A DNA stretch of 63,594 nt, filler included, from Klebsormidium nitens (taxonomy: Eukaryota; Plantae; Klebsormidiophyceae), in NCBI GenBank assembly GCA_000708835.1. It is 10 parts of 10 records of this genome, joined end to end, with 100 filler letters (N's around TTAATTAATTAA, not from the genome) between each part and the next. Parts side by side here need not be neighbours in the genome. Positions count along the whole stretch, not along the records: positions 1 to 6,747 come from DF238333.1; positions 6,848 to 13,637 come from DF238168.1; 8 more parts are not named here. One strand, 5' to 3'. Shown here in pieces: positions 1 to 12,037 of the stretch. Under the pieces are notes generated by a model. The model did no database searches and was not told the DNA's origin. It was given only the letters and a program-made list of their open reading frames with translations. Position numbers and translations under genes: made by a program. Position 1 is the stretch's first letter; each line of letters begins with the position of its first letter.

Positions 1-1560
1 TGGTTAACTACCGTACTACAACACTCTTGCAGCAAGACAACACCAAGACCACGGTCAGAAGCACTTGTAATAACTTCATAGGGCTTCTTCTCATCAGGAG
101 TCCTAAGCAACGGAGCTTCAATCAGACTACGTTTAAGCTTCTCAAAAGCATCTTGACACCGCCCAGCCCAATCCCAGCCAACAGACTTTTTTGTCAAGTT
201 CGTCAGAGGCACTGCTATGGAAGAGTAGTGATCAATGAACTTGCGAAAGTAGTTACAGAGTCCCAGAAACGACCGAACATCGTGGACGTTCTTAGGCACA
301 GGCCAAGACCGAGCAGCACTAACTTTCTTGGGGTCAGGACGAATGCCCTGTGCATTTACAACATGCCCCAAATACTGAATCTCAGTCTGAGAAAACTTGG
401 ACTTCGCTTTTGTCACGGAAAACAGCTTGCGGCGCAAAACATCCAGAACAAGCCGCACATGCGCTTGATGTTCCTCCTCGGACTTCGGAAAGTTAAAAAT
501 GTCGTCCAAGTACACAACGACAAACCTCTTCAGATAAGGCGCGAAAGATTGAGTTCATTACCGTCTGAAACGTCGCCGGAGCATTCGTCAGAACTTCAAT
601 AAACACCTTCAACTGATAGTGTACGAAAGGCGTACGGAAAGCTGTCTTCGGACGATCTTCCTCAGAATTTAGGATCTGATGATAACCAGACGTCAGATCC
701 AAAGAGGTAAAATATTGTGAACCACTCACAGCATCCAACAGATCATCAATGCGAGGAATCGGCGATTCTTCACGGTTATGAGTTTAAATCCCGATAATCA
801 ACACACAGACGAAGACCACGACCGTTAGGCTTAGGGACAAACAACACAGGAGCACCATACGGAGACCAAGAAACTTCCAGAATTCCAGCCTTCAAAAACG
901 CGGTGAGCGGCTTTTCCAACTTACGATATTCCAACGGAGATAAACGGTACATCTGCCAAAACGTAGGAGGATGTCCTGGCTCTGTAGGAATACTGTGACC
1001 TTCTGCACGAACAGGAGGCAGACCAACCGGAAGAGCATCCTAAAATACGCCAGAAAACTAAGACAATAAATCAGAAACCCATTTCTTCTCACTTGAGACA
1101 AGGTCGCTCGGCTGGACTGGTTGTACGGTTGGCTCAGACAGTGTAGTGGCATGATCTTGGTTGCCCCCAGACACAGAGCCTGCTACAGTAGCGGTAGAAC
1201 ACGTGGCAGCTCCTGGGTCAATAGGCTTCAATGAGGCCAGGTACACGCAGGCGTCACGCTTTACCAACCGCTTTAACTGCGCATGAGACAACACGTCGGG
1301 ATTAGACTTCTCATCATCGTCAAAACGTGAACGAGGAAGAGCAGGACTACGAACAGTCAAGTGTCTTTTCCCTTTCTTTATCATGATAACACTTTTGCCA
1401 TAATGCAGAATGCAGTCATGAACTCGTCACCAAGGATAACATCAACCTCGAACAACAAGTTCATAACGTAGCACTTCACATGCTTGTGAAACGCTCCCAA
1501 CTGAACATATACAGTTGCCTCACCGTATGCAGTATCGTCTCCACTGTCGGCTGGCATTGG
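1..1560 (-). mobile_element. Decayed Ty3/Gypsy LTR retrotransposon pol (protease remnant, RT, RT-RNaseH connection)
   Basis: Minus-strand translation gives RT motifs LDLTSGYHQI..KTAFRTPF..LTNAPATFQTVMNSIFR (493-738), [30 protein letters not shown] (~760-860), and VRSFLGLCNYFRKFI..IAVPLTNLTKK..AFEKLKRSLIEAPLL (~100-290). Retropepsin-like VDVILGDEFM near 1420-1450. Multiple frameshifts and stops. Confidence 0.9.
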
Positions 1561-2341
1561 GAACGGCCACGTGGCCTAATCCTACCCGTCTATCCCTGCC
1601 AGCAAAGACTATGCATGGCTTACTCGACCCGTGACTCCTCGCGACATGATGAAAATGAACAAAACGACCCTTTTCGACCGGGCCTATCCATTGATGACGT
1701 GCCAGTTCCCTTGCAAGCAAAACACAATGGCGGCGTGGGGCGCTGCAAGTGCCGTAGATCTCCTTCTGCTCTCTCATGCAGCATGCACATCACCGATCAT
1801 GCAATGCTCGTGGCCATTGTGACTTCTCCCTTTCTCGAGGCTTCGGCTCCGATCACGCACAACACATGAGCTGACAGCGCTTCTTCCCACACTCACTTGA
1901 AAGGAGGAGAACCTCCGCCACAGTTCACAATCCCTGCTGCCAATAGCTCGCTGCACTATGCAATGAACACTAGCGCCCTATGCTCAACGCGCCTAGCTGT
2001 GGAGACTTGCCTAAGAGAAGGGAAGGGATCACCTCTCCTCGGCCCTATGGGTTCGGCCGGCACGAGTCTCAATCATGGGCTAAGGTCTCGTACCCTAGAC
2101 TCGGCCGGTAATCTCGGCGTCTACCACTAACCACACACTAGTGGACTAACCCTAGACTCTACCCGCGGCGCGCGCGCCAGGCTCGCAAGCCGGCCGCGGC
2201 TCGCCACATCGCCGCCACGTGGCACGTCTGCGCCACGTGTCGCTATCTGGACACTACCCGGCACGGACCGCCCTCGGCATGGGTCCAACCACTTGCCGAG
2301 CCGTCTCTTCCTCTGAGATTCCCCGCATGCACACCGGGACT

Positions 2342-5300
2342 TCATGATGTTCCGCATTTGGGTCTCCTGGGCCCTGCGCCGCCGCCGCGCTCTCCTTCTC
2401 CTTTGCCGGGCTTCTGGGTTGCTGCCCTCCCTCGCCGGTTTCTCAGGGGGTAGCGCTCCAACTCCAGCGCCTCTTCCAGCCAGCCGTCGTCCTCCAGCTC
2501 ATCCTCATCCCCGGCCCACGGGTCTTTTGCGGCCTGCTCTCGCCGAAGTTGGAGAAGAGCGCCTGCCGAGATCTCCTCCTCGGTTTGCTCTGCCCCCTCC
2601 GCTTCCGGCTCAGGTTCCCGCTCCGGTTCAGGCTCCGGCACAGCCTCTTCCACCTTCTATTTCCCCTTCCGCCGGCGCTTCCGCTCCTCTTCATCCTCTT
2701 GCGCGGCCGCAGCCTCTGCCGGCGGCCCCTCGGCCACCCGTGACGCCTCAGCCAGCACGTCAGGGGTGGAAGCAGGGCCACCGGGCGGCGCGGGAAGGAC
2801 CAGGGGCTCCACCCCTTCCTCCACGGCCGCCTGCCGCTTCCTAGGAGAGCTTCGCACCGGTGGGGTTGGTGGGTTCACCTCTGGTTTGGGCGCCGGCGGC
2901 GCTTTGGGTTTCGCCGCGGGCTTCCTCCTGGACTTGGGTGACGGCTTCTCCTCGAGCCGACGGCTAGTTCTACCGCTGCTGCAGTCGGCGCCCGCCGCAG
3001 CATCGACCCAAGGAGTTTGGATCGCGGGGGTGCGAGTTCCCCCATTCCTTCTGGGGGCGTGGGCTTGGGGCCGACCAGCTTGTACCGCGTCGCAATCGCC
3101 GTCGGTTCTGGCAGCTTCCTCTTCTTATTCTTGAGGAACCCCCTGATCAGCGCCGTGCCGTACGTCTCCGCCGCTTGCGCCCGCCACTGGTCAATTGGCA
3201 TTTCGACCACCTCCCCGCACTTCCCGCTGCGTCCCCGGTTCACTTCTTGGTCAGGGTTGGGGCCGACCGTGACCAGCTCTTCGCTGTCCATGGGTTTCTT
3301 CGACATCCGGCCTGGCAACTAGACCATCTCGGCGAAGTCTGGTCGATGGGGTTCCCGCTGCTCCCGTCGCTGGCGGAAGAGCTCAAGCAAGTCTGTCCCC
3401 ACTCGCGCCAGCGCCTGGTAGACAAACTCATACCAGGCCGTGGTCCGCGCGTCTGCCCCTTCCTTCTTGCTCGCAGGCTTGTACTCCAACACCGCGTGAG
3501 CCCAGTGGTTGAGGTACCCGTGGAGCTCGTTGTCCTTGAGCTCGTTCCACTGCGGGCCCTTCTTGCGGTCGGCGCGAGAGGTTCTCCAGCTCGGGGTGAT
3601 GAGCACATGGGCGAATGGGTCCTCCGGGTTGCGCAGAAAGCCTCTCTCCAGGACGGTCAAGTGGTTCAAACCCCGCGCCCGCGTTCCCTGGGGTTTGCGA
3701 GAAGATCTAAAAATCCGTTTTCCTGGTGAACTCCGTTGCCGTGGGTGAAGGGGCCACATGAGCCTCCTCCTTGGACGAAGTTACTTCTGTGCTTGAGGGA
3801 TCTACCCCCCCCGGCTCTTGGGCACCTTCACCGCCCCTGCTCTGCTCTGCCGGCACTGGCGCCGGCTCCCCTTGCTCCTCTGCTTCAGCCCGCTCAGGCT
3901 CCTGGGCTACCTCTTCTTCATGCTTTTCTTCTTCTTTCTCTTCTTCCTCCATGGGCGTCGCCTCGTCTTCTGGCGGCGGCCCCTTCTTCTCTGGATCAGG
4001 GGGATCTTCTCCTGGGTGTCCTCCCGACGTCCCCCCCCCTGCCGGCTGATCCGCGGCGCCCATTTCTTCATCTCGCCCCGCTTCTTCGTCTGCCGGCGGT
4101 GGTGGTCCTCCTGCCAGCATGTCTACAGCCTCCATCTCTTGGTCTGGGGTCGCATCTGCATCTGCCGGTGGTGGTGTCCCCTCTGCCGGCGCGTCCGCTG
4201 CCTCCTCCCCTTGGTCTGGGGGCTCGTCCGCATTTGCCGGCAGCGGTGGACCAAGCGCCAGGTAGTCCAGCCCCCTCTCCATCTCCTCCTCTGCCGGCGA
4301 GGGCTTCGCCGCTGCGGCTTTCCCCTTGGCCTGCTGCGCGGGCTCATCGGAGGAGCTCTCGGCTGAGGAGCTGTCCTCCCTCTCTGGGCCCTGCACAATG
4401 AAGTCGTCTATGGAATCCCCCGACTCGCTGTCAGAGTCATCCGGTTCAGACCCCTTGCTTACTTTGCGCTTGACTGGATGCGCCCGCTTCTTTGCGCCCC
4501 CGATCCCCGTCCTCTGAGCAGCGGCCGCACGCCCGCGGATTTGGCGCTGTGCGCGCACCTTCTCCACTGTTTCGGACTTCGGCGGTTCCTCCGTCTGGGG
4601 TTTCGGTTTGCGCGGCTTGGGGTCGTGGTACGGGATATGGCGGTCCATGAGGTCGGAGCCCATGTAGGCGGAGGCCTCGTAGATGAATTTCTCGGGCATG
4701 GACATCTCTTCAAGGGTTTGGCGGGCTTCGGCTCTGGGCGGAGGGGGTGTGAGGGGGTCGTCGTTGTCACTCGCCAGGGTGGCCTCCGGCACTTCCTCCA
4801 CCCCCGCTGTGGTGAACATCTGGGCGTACTCGTCTGGCAACACCGTGACGTTCACCCTGGGGACTAGCTTCATGTCGAACTCGAGGTCCCGTCCCTTGCG
4901 CCCCCGCCGCACCTTCTTGCCCTGGAGCGCCGCCTCCTCCGCAGCTTCTAGCTTGTTGAGAGTTTGGTCCAGTTTGTCCCACACGATCCGCGTCTCCTGC
5001 GCCTTTGCCGCCATGTCATAGGCCTCTTGCAGCTTCTTGACCTGCACCGCGTCTTCTGGCTCTCCGTCGCCGGCGGTGCCTGACGGCCCCGCCTCCTCGG
5101 CGAAGTAGACTCCGGCGCCGGCGCCCCCGTTGCCACTCCCCGGCGCCTCACAGTCTCACCTAGGATGGGTCCCACCCGCGGGTCTTCCAACAGCTCCTCG
5201 CGCACTCCCACCAGGTCCATGCCTTCGAGTCCCTGATAGCGCGCGTCCGTTGGGGGATATTCTTGGAAAGCGGGGGCCAGGCAAACCTCATGGGGTTCCT

Positions 5301-6740
5301 GTGGATCTTCCCCCAGCGCAGACCGCCTTCTCCTTGCCGGCACCTCCTCCTCATGTTCTTCCTCCCCCTCGGTTTCAGGTTCCGGCGGCGGCCGCTCTCC
5401 CTTGGGCTTGAACGGCGGTGGCGGACCTCCCTTGCGCAGGCGGTCCTCCTTGGCTCGAGCAGCCAGCCGTTCAGCCTCGCCACGCGCGCGCCCGGCTGGG
5501 GTGGTGTCGCGCTGCGCCTGCGTGCTGGGGCGCAGCTCTGGCCCCTCGTCCGCCATTACCGCCAGGGCCCGCAGATGCGCCGGCGCTCCCCTCACAGTCG
5601 CTTACCACGCCATGAACGGGCTCCACTGGTCGTCCTCCTCTTCAGAGTCCTCCTCAACGTCTTGCGCCGCGTACGCGTTCTTGGGCTTTTCCCTGGGGTT
5701 ACCGGCAGGCGTGGTCGCGTTCTCACCCCTCTTCTTCCACTTCTCTGGGCGCTTTTCCGGGAACTTCTCCCAGCACTCATGGCTCTTGTGGGAGTCCTTC
5801 CGCCCGCAGTGTGCGCAGACGGCTCCCGGGTCCCGCCCCTCCTTTGGCTTCTCCCGGCAGTCAGATTGCCGATGCCCTGATTTCCCGCAGTTCCAGCAGT
5901 CCCCCGGGAACTCCCCTCTCGAGCTTGAAGCCGCCGGCGGGCCCGCAGCGAAGGCCTACTTCTCCTTCTTCTCGCGCCGGCGCTCCCCCTTGCTCTGACT
6001 TTTGGGTTTGCCTTCACCGCCATCGTTGGACTCCCGTTTTCTTTCATTCCCGCGCGACGAGGACGCCCCAGAAAGTAACATGCCCCCCATCATCCCGGCT
6101 AGGTCTCCCTTGACCATCTTTACCGGCGCGCGTCCCAACTCCCTGGTGTAGAGGGCTTCCTCGATCTGCCGGCACGTTTTCTCTAGCTTCGCCAGAGTCA
6201 GCTCGTCCTCCCCCCAGGAAAGGGTTTGATGCTCGACCGCTCTTCTCAGCTCCGGCTTCAAGGCAAACACCGCCTTCTCGACGACTTCCCGACGTGACCT
6301 GTCTCGGTCTTCTTGTTCAGCCGGATGAGCTCTCTAAGACGGTGGAACATCCCCTGCGTGGTTTGCGACTTGTCGTAGGAGAAGAACAAGTAGTCCCGCA
6401 GCGCGGCGGCAGTCTGCTCCGGGTAGGTTGTCTGCAAGAACGTCCAAGCTTCTTCCATCAGAGTTTTGTCCTCTTCAGGCATGAGCTTTGGACCTGGGTG
6501 AGAAGCACCGGGATCTTGGCTTGTCGTGCCACGCCTTGATCAGCTTCTGCTCGTTGGCCTTGTTCTTGTCATCAATCTTGGTCCTCTCCTTGATGGCCTT
6601 CTCCAGAGGTTCACGGAAGTGGTCGTGCAGGGCGTGATAAGCATCACCCTCACAGGACTCCAGCAGGACCGCAAAGGACTCCATCGCAGTCAGACTGGAC
6701 GCCGACGCATTCCTTCTAGTCATCAAAAGACTGAGACGAT
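2342..6740 (-). mobile_element. Giant interrupted gag-like ORF (Gag, CCHC zinc knuckle, long acidic/Pro-rich region, unknown domain); no pol seen
   Basis: ORFs 6475-6726, 6258-6482, 5956-6270, 4948-5595, 3707-5047, 3319-3759 and 2875-3318 join through in-frame stops (TAG 5956, TAA 5602, TAG 3319) and frameshifts. CWNCGKSGHRQSDC knuckle at ~5860-5905. Confidence 0.6.
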
Positions 6741-6747
6741 TCTGGAA

Positions 6748-6847
6748 NNNNNNNNNNNNNNNNNNNNNNNNNNNNNNNNNNNNNNNNNNNNTTAATTAAT
6801 TAANNNNNNNNNNNNNNNNNNNNNNNNNNNNNNNNNNNNNNNNNNNN
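6748..6847. other. Artificial contig-joining spacer
   Basis: N44-TTAATTAATTAA-N44. Confidence 0.98.
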
Positions 6848-8089
6848 TCCCGTACGGCTCCGCGATCGGGCCCGAAATGACCTGCGGGGTGGCGCGCTCG
6901 ATATTCGGTTTTTGCTGCATTGGGTTTGTGGAAATATCCTGGGATTTTGTGACACGGTTTGACCGCGATCGCCACCTGATGCAGGTTTTGATACCGTACA
7001 ATCCAACCGTCCGAGCCTGGCACGCGTCCGATCTGTGACTCAGGCTTGCTCCAGTGCGAACCCTAACCCTAAGTTGCCCCCAACGTCTGCAGTTTGGAAA
7101 CATCTGAATCACGGTCCTGTATCCTAAGGCTAGAGCTCCTCTCGGTCAGGCTTGTGGAGCGTCTGACTCAGGCTTAAAACTTCTTTCTTAGCCACGTGGA
7201 GCTTCCTTAATTGTTCTAGTCAGGCTCGGAAACACTTTATTGTGCCACATGGAGCTTCCCTGATTGTCTTGGTCAGTTTTCTCTTCAGAGAGGCAACCAC
7301 CCTCAACCACCTCGTCTGAGTCGGGCCTTTCATTGAAGGCTTCAACTTTCGGTTCCAAGAAGTTCGTATCTATATAAAGAGGTTCTGCCCCCTCATTCGA
7401 TCATTTCCCAAATGTTTCTTAGCAGCAGCCCAACAACAGCTGAGTCTCCAGCCATCCTCTCTTCTCAAACCCGACCTGCCTACCACACTCCTCTGCAGCG
7501 CCATTTGCAGCACAGCATCACCCGCTTTCTTTGTCCACACCATTACATCAGCAGCTTCCTTTGCACCATCTTGCGGAGCCGGATCTCTGGAGCTCTTGCG
7601 TGCGCTTCTCAAGCTCCGTCCCTCTTGCGAGCAGCTTCACCAGTTTCTGCTGCACCTCCATTGTGTGGACTCTTGTTGAAGCATTCTGCCAACTTCAATT
7701 GTCATCGCGGAGCTAGTGCGTCTGTCCAGCTGTGCAGCCTCCAGTCAGCAGCTGGTGATTGAGCTCTAGCACTAGTTTGCCAGTGACAAGCGCAGAAGCG
7801 TGCGCCAGATGGAAAAAGAAATCTCCCAAAAGGTCTTTTGAGGTGAGTGTGATTGAAGTGAATGAAGTCAGACCTAGATTAAACATACCAAAGTCCCCAA
7901 TCTCTTCAAGCTACCGAGTAGCTCAAATGTTTAGAGTTGCATGTTGCAACAGGCTGCCAACATCTCTGCACTCAAGGAGCTAAACAATCAGTGAGAATTG
8001 AGTACAACTTGGCTCGTCCATGTTCTGCCAGTTCCGAGAGCACATGCCCAACTCGAGAACAAGAGTACTAGCAAGGCGCCATGCTTCCC

Positions 8090-11000
8090 GTCCATCTTTT
8101 GTCGTTTCTTTTTATGCATCTCAATTGCAAAACCTAGACAGCATTGATCTCAAGGCCCTGCCCGTCAAGATCATGCAGATCAGGCTTCTCTTCAACTCAG
8201 CATCCACGTGCGCAGCTGCCAAACGCTAGGGTTGCCGGAAGTGTGCTTCGAGCTGTCAGCTTCTGATTGTGAACTCTTGTATAGGTCGAATTGAGGCTCC
8301 ATCAGCGTGGAGGCAGCTTCGTCAAACAACTTGCAGAAGACCACCAACAAGGCTGCAACTGGGGGCTGTTGGGCATGGATTCCGACCTGCAATTCCATTG
8401 GGAAAGGTAAGCCTGTTTAGCTAGCGCTTCTTTGAAGTTGACCTGGACTGTCATGGGAGTTTGGGTCCCAGTGCACTAAGAACAACACAACCCTGCTATA
8501 TAGTACGAGGAGCACCGGCACTCTGACTGCATTTCTGGAATACCAGTCTACATTTCGTGGTTTCTGTACAAGGGTCAATCTAGACAAGGCTGTGGCGACA
8601 ATTCGAGCAAGAAGTTTATACGATGTGCTGAGATCAATGCTGAATTTGAGCTTCATTTGCACCCGAAGGCTGACCTGCACCCTTTGTTCTGTTCCTCTTC
8701 AGTGATCCATCATCCTCTGAAGAATCGGAAGGAGAGGACATCGAAGGTGTCGAGTATGAGCCCCGCTCTGTTGACGGCTCCAACTCCGGACGCTCATTGG
8801 AGGGGTTCCTTCGAGACGAGGACTTTGCCAGCATCCAAGGCCCGTCTTTCTATAGGGCGCGGGACAACGAGAAAAGCTTCAGTCCAGCTCAGCTACCACG
8901 CGGTCTCTCAAATCTGTTCAGCAAGAAGAGACCTGCTCCGATGAGCTTGCTTCGTGTATCTGCTCCTGATGGCAGCATATTCGCCCTTGTTTGACCTCAC
9001 TTATCTGATACAGGCTGAGAAAGAAGAACGCCTCTTCTTTGATGCGAAACAGGCCCACAACTCGTGCCTTGTCATGTTTGAACACAAGGTACGGGCAGTG
9101 ATTGCTTCGGACAGATCCAAGTGTTCTTGTCAGATTCATCATCCCCATCAAGCCCATTGCCAATCGACTTTTTGTTAATGAACGGCCGTTGAAAATGGGC
9201 TCTGGGCTGCTCTTGAAGAACCATGAGTCGCTCACCGTCATGTATGCTATGCAGGGGTATCAGCCTACATCTCCGTTTTTCTGGTCCTCCGGCAGCGCCT
9301 TCGGCAAGCAGACATGCGTAACACCAGTGCCAAGCAACCCAAAGGTTCCCGCAATCTCATCTCAGACTGTCACGTCAGATGCGAGCGGCGGTGCAATTCG
9401 TTTGCAGGCTTGCAGTCGCTCAGAAGCATGCAGAACAGGGTGCGGATAATGATTTGTCAATTACGCGGAGAATTTTTGGATGTTGACAATCGCCTCAAGT
9501 TAAGATAAAAGGCTGTTGCACTCCAACTTGGACGATCTCCTCATTTTGCACTTCAACGGAAGTTCCCTTTAAGTCACCTAGCTCTGTCGAAACTTCTTAC
9601 CCCCTTCGACCCACTGCCTTTCATTCTCAGGTGCCTTCATCGCGTCGCATCCTGCAAAATGTTGGCGGCAAGAGGCTCGCGAGCGAAGCTTCAGCTGGCA
9701 ACTGCAGTCAGAGGCCAACATGGAGGAGAGGCCTCGTAAAGAAGCGCCGGTGCGTCATCCTCTCGCAAGAGTCAAAAGAAGAGCAGCCGGTGAGTCGAGT
9801 TCCGTCCAGGTTTTGCAGATGAGATGCATATATAAAAACGACCAAACATGGACCATAAGCTTGCGTTTCTCCTTTACGTGTCTCCGATGCAAAACCTGGA
9901 CGACGGCAAAGATCTCGAGGCCCCCGATTTGTCACTCAGAACTTGCGAAATTCGAGGCACGTGCCTCGAGTCGAGTTTCGTCCAGGTTTTGCAGATGAGA
10001 TGCATATATAAAAACCTCAAAACGTGGACATCAGCTTGAGTCCGTTTTCTGCAGCCAGCTCTGCTCGTCCTCTGTGAGACCCGTATAAGCTCTCAGAACT
10101 TGCAAGAGTCGATGCACGTGCCTAAGCTCGGGGACAGAACAAGTCGCCGTCCATGTTCTGTCAATTCTTTATACGTGTCTCTGATGCAAAATCTGGACGG
10201 CAAAGGCCCTAAAGCAGTCAAAAGGTCCCTTCGTAGCAGAAAGCGAGCAGTGCTAACTCTGCTCAGCACTCAGATCAACGCCTTCCATCACGGTTGGCCT
10301 CGATCAAGTTTTTGGGAACGGAGGCAAAAGCCAGCAATTCCTGACGCACGCTCCTTCGTCCTTTCTGCAGGTGGATATCGGTCCACCGGTTGACAGGGTG
10401 CGCGCAACTGATCGCAGCCAAGAGAGTGGTTTCGCACAAGGGCAAGCTCAGGTACAGCGCCTGGCCATAAGCACCGTTTTAGATTAGATGTGGGCAAGTT
10501 GGTAGAAGCTCGTAGCAGACTCGATTGCAGACACGCGAGTGGGAGCAGTTTAGTCAGGAACGAGAAACTCCAATTCAGACCTTCAAACGATTACAATATC
10601 CCGCACCCATTTGTGCAAGTCGATTCATGCATTGAAAGAGCCGCTCAAAACTGAATGGCTTCTTCATGAGTGTCGTTTATTACTTGGATAAGCGAGCCGT
10701 TCATTCCGTCAGCTCGTATGTTACCTCAGCTAGTCCTTTGGTAGCGTCCGTGCAATGTCTCTTCTCGATTCAACATGCAAACACTAGAGGCTGTCGAAAT
10801 CAATCATGTGATGTGTGTCTAGCAAAGTAGCGTAATCCCTCAGCCCTTGGTGCAGACCCCTGGTCGGGTGGTAGTGCACACCGAGCAGGATGGTGCAGTT
10901 CAGACGGTGCAAGAAAACAAGCTTGGAACGGCCTTCTTCTCCAAGCTCAGTCGAGCAAAGCTCCACTACCAAGATCCGAAGAATGGGCCACAGGGTTTCA

Positions 11001-12037
11001 GCAAGCGGTACGCTGCTCTCTGTGATCACACGGTGGAGTTGCATCTTCTCGACCATAAGGGCTATCGTAGCTACGGGTCGTACCAAAACTGGCCGACCGC
11101 GCGGGACTACACTTCGCAGCAGCCTTTCCTTGAGGAGGTGCTTGTCGAAGGAAAACCGTGCAAGCCGTTCCTAGACATGGAAAGAGATCGGGGTTTGCCC
11201 CAGGGGGAAAATCTTGAGAGCGTCATCAGCCAGTTTGAAGACGCCATTACGAAGATCTTCGCGGAGGACTACGCAGTCGAGATCCAAGAGCGGGACTTCA
11301 ACTGGGTCCACTGCGACTACGGACCCGGCGGCAAGTTCAGCGTCCATCTCGTCATCTCAACACACGGGCCGCGGCAACTGGTCTTCCGCTCCAATCTCGC
11401 CCCTAACGTTGACCCGCAAGGAGCAGGGCACCTCGCTCGCAGGCTTGCTAAGGTTCTCCCCCCAACCCTGGCTGACCTCATCGACCAAAGCGTCTACACT
11501 CGGAATCGAGGCATCCGGATGCCTGGTTGCGCAAAGCCCTCCAGACCTAACTGCCCGCTGCGTCCTCTGGACCCCACCAAGCCGTATGCTGACAGCGTCA
11601 TCACCTGGTTCGACGAGGTAGGTGATGTGTAGGACGGGTTGTGATGGAACCGTTGATTTTCAGCACCTTTCAAAGTGTCATCAGGCAACTTGACTTCGAC
11701 TTTCACAAGGACCTGGGATCGCCTGTCCAGTTTTTGTCTTTTTATATTATGCTCCTTCTTTGCAAAACGTGGACAAGTTTGGGCGCACCATCTGCTATCT
11801 AGATCGTGCGCCAAGGACTGCAAGATGTGAAAAAGGTCCCACCTTTGGCTGACGTTAACCGGGTCCCACTGAAATATATCAAGGTCTCTTGTCCTCGTGC
11901 TTGATATTATGCGACAATCTGCAAATTGAGCATGTTTCGTTCGAACTGTCATCAGGCTTCGACTTCCACAAGGACCTGGGATCGCCTGTCCAGGTTCTGT
12001 ATATGTATATTATGCTCCTTCTTTGCAAAACGTGGAC
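8090..12037. repeat. Dispersed family of 50-bp imperfect palindromes GTCCA(G/T)GTT(T/C)TG-~26nt-CAAAAC(C/G)TGGAC
   Basis: Units at 8090-8140, 9804-9853, 9851-9901, 9980-10029, 10149-10198, 11725-11774 and 11988-12037. Confidence 0.8.
8230..9510 (+). pseudogene. Degraded multi-frame coding remnant, possibly with an FHA-like segment
   Basis: Fragments such as SDPSSSEESEGEDIEGVEYE (~8700-8760) and ANRLFVNERPLKMGSGLLLKNHESLTV (~9160-9240, loosely like an FHA C-terminal half). Donor-like AAG/GTAAGC at ~8406. Many stops. Confidence 0.2.

Noticed and set aside
27-602. 191-aa plus-strand ORF
   Set aside because: It is the antisense shadow of the Gypsy RT/RNaseH region and has no independent motifs.
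2210-2242. Cluster of G-box/ABRE-like CACGTG motifs
   Set aside because: Short motifs in GC-rich element DNA with no linked host gene; function unsupported.
2344-5998. Many overlapping plus-strand Pro/Ser/Leu-rich ORFs
   Set aside because: Expected stop-poor antisense frames of GC-rich coding DNA on the minus strand.
7058-7075. Telomere-like AACCCTAACCCTAAG, and CCCTAAG repeats at 43700-43850
   Set aside because: Only two or three dispersed units; too short to call a telomeric or interstitial array.
6526-7112. ORFs containing X runs at spacers and gaps (also 13690, 33456, 34038-35118, 36681-37314, 37858, 60942)
   Set aside because: They are open only because N bases translate as X; not real coding evidence.
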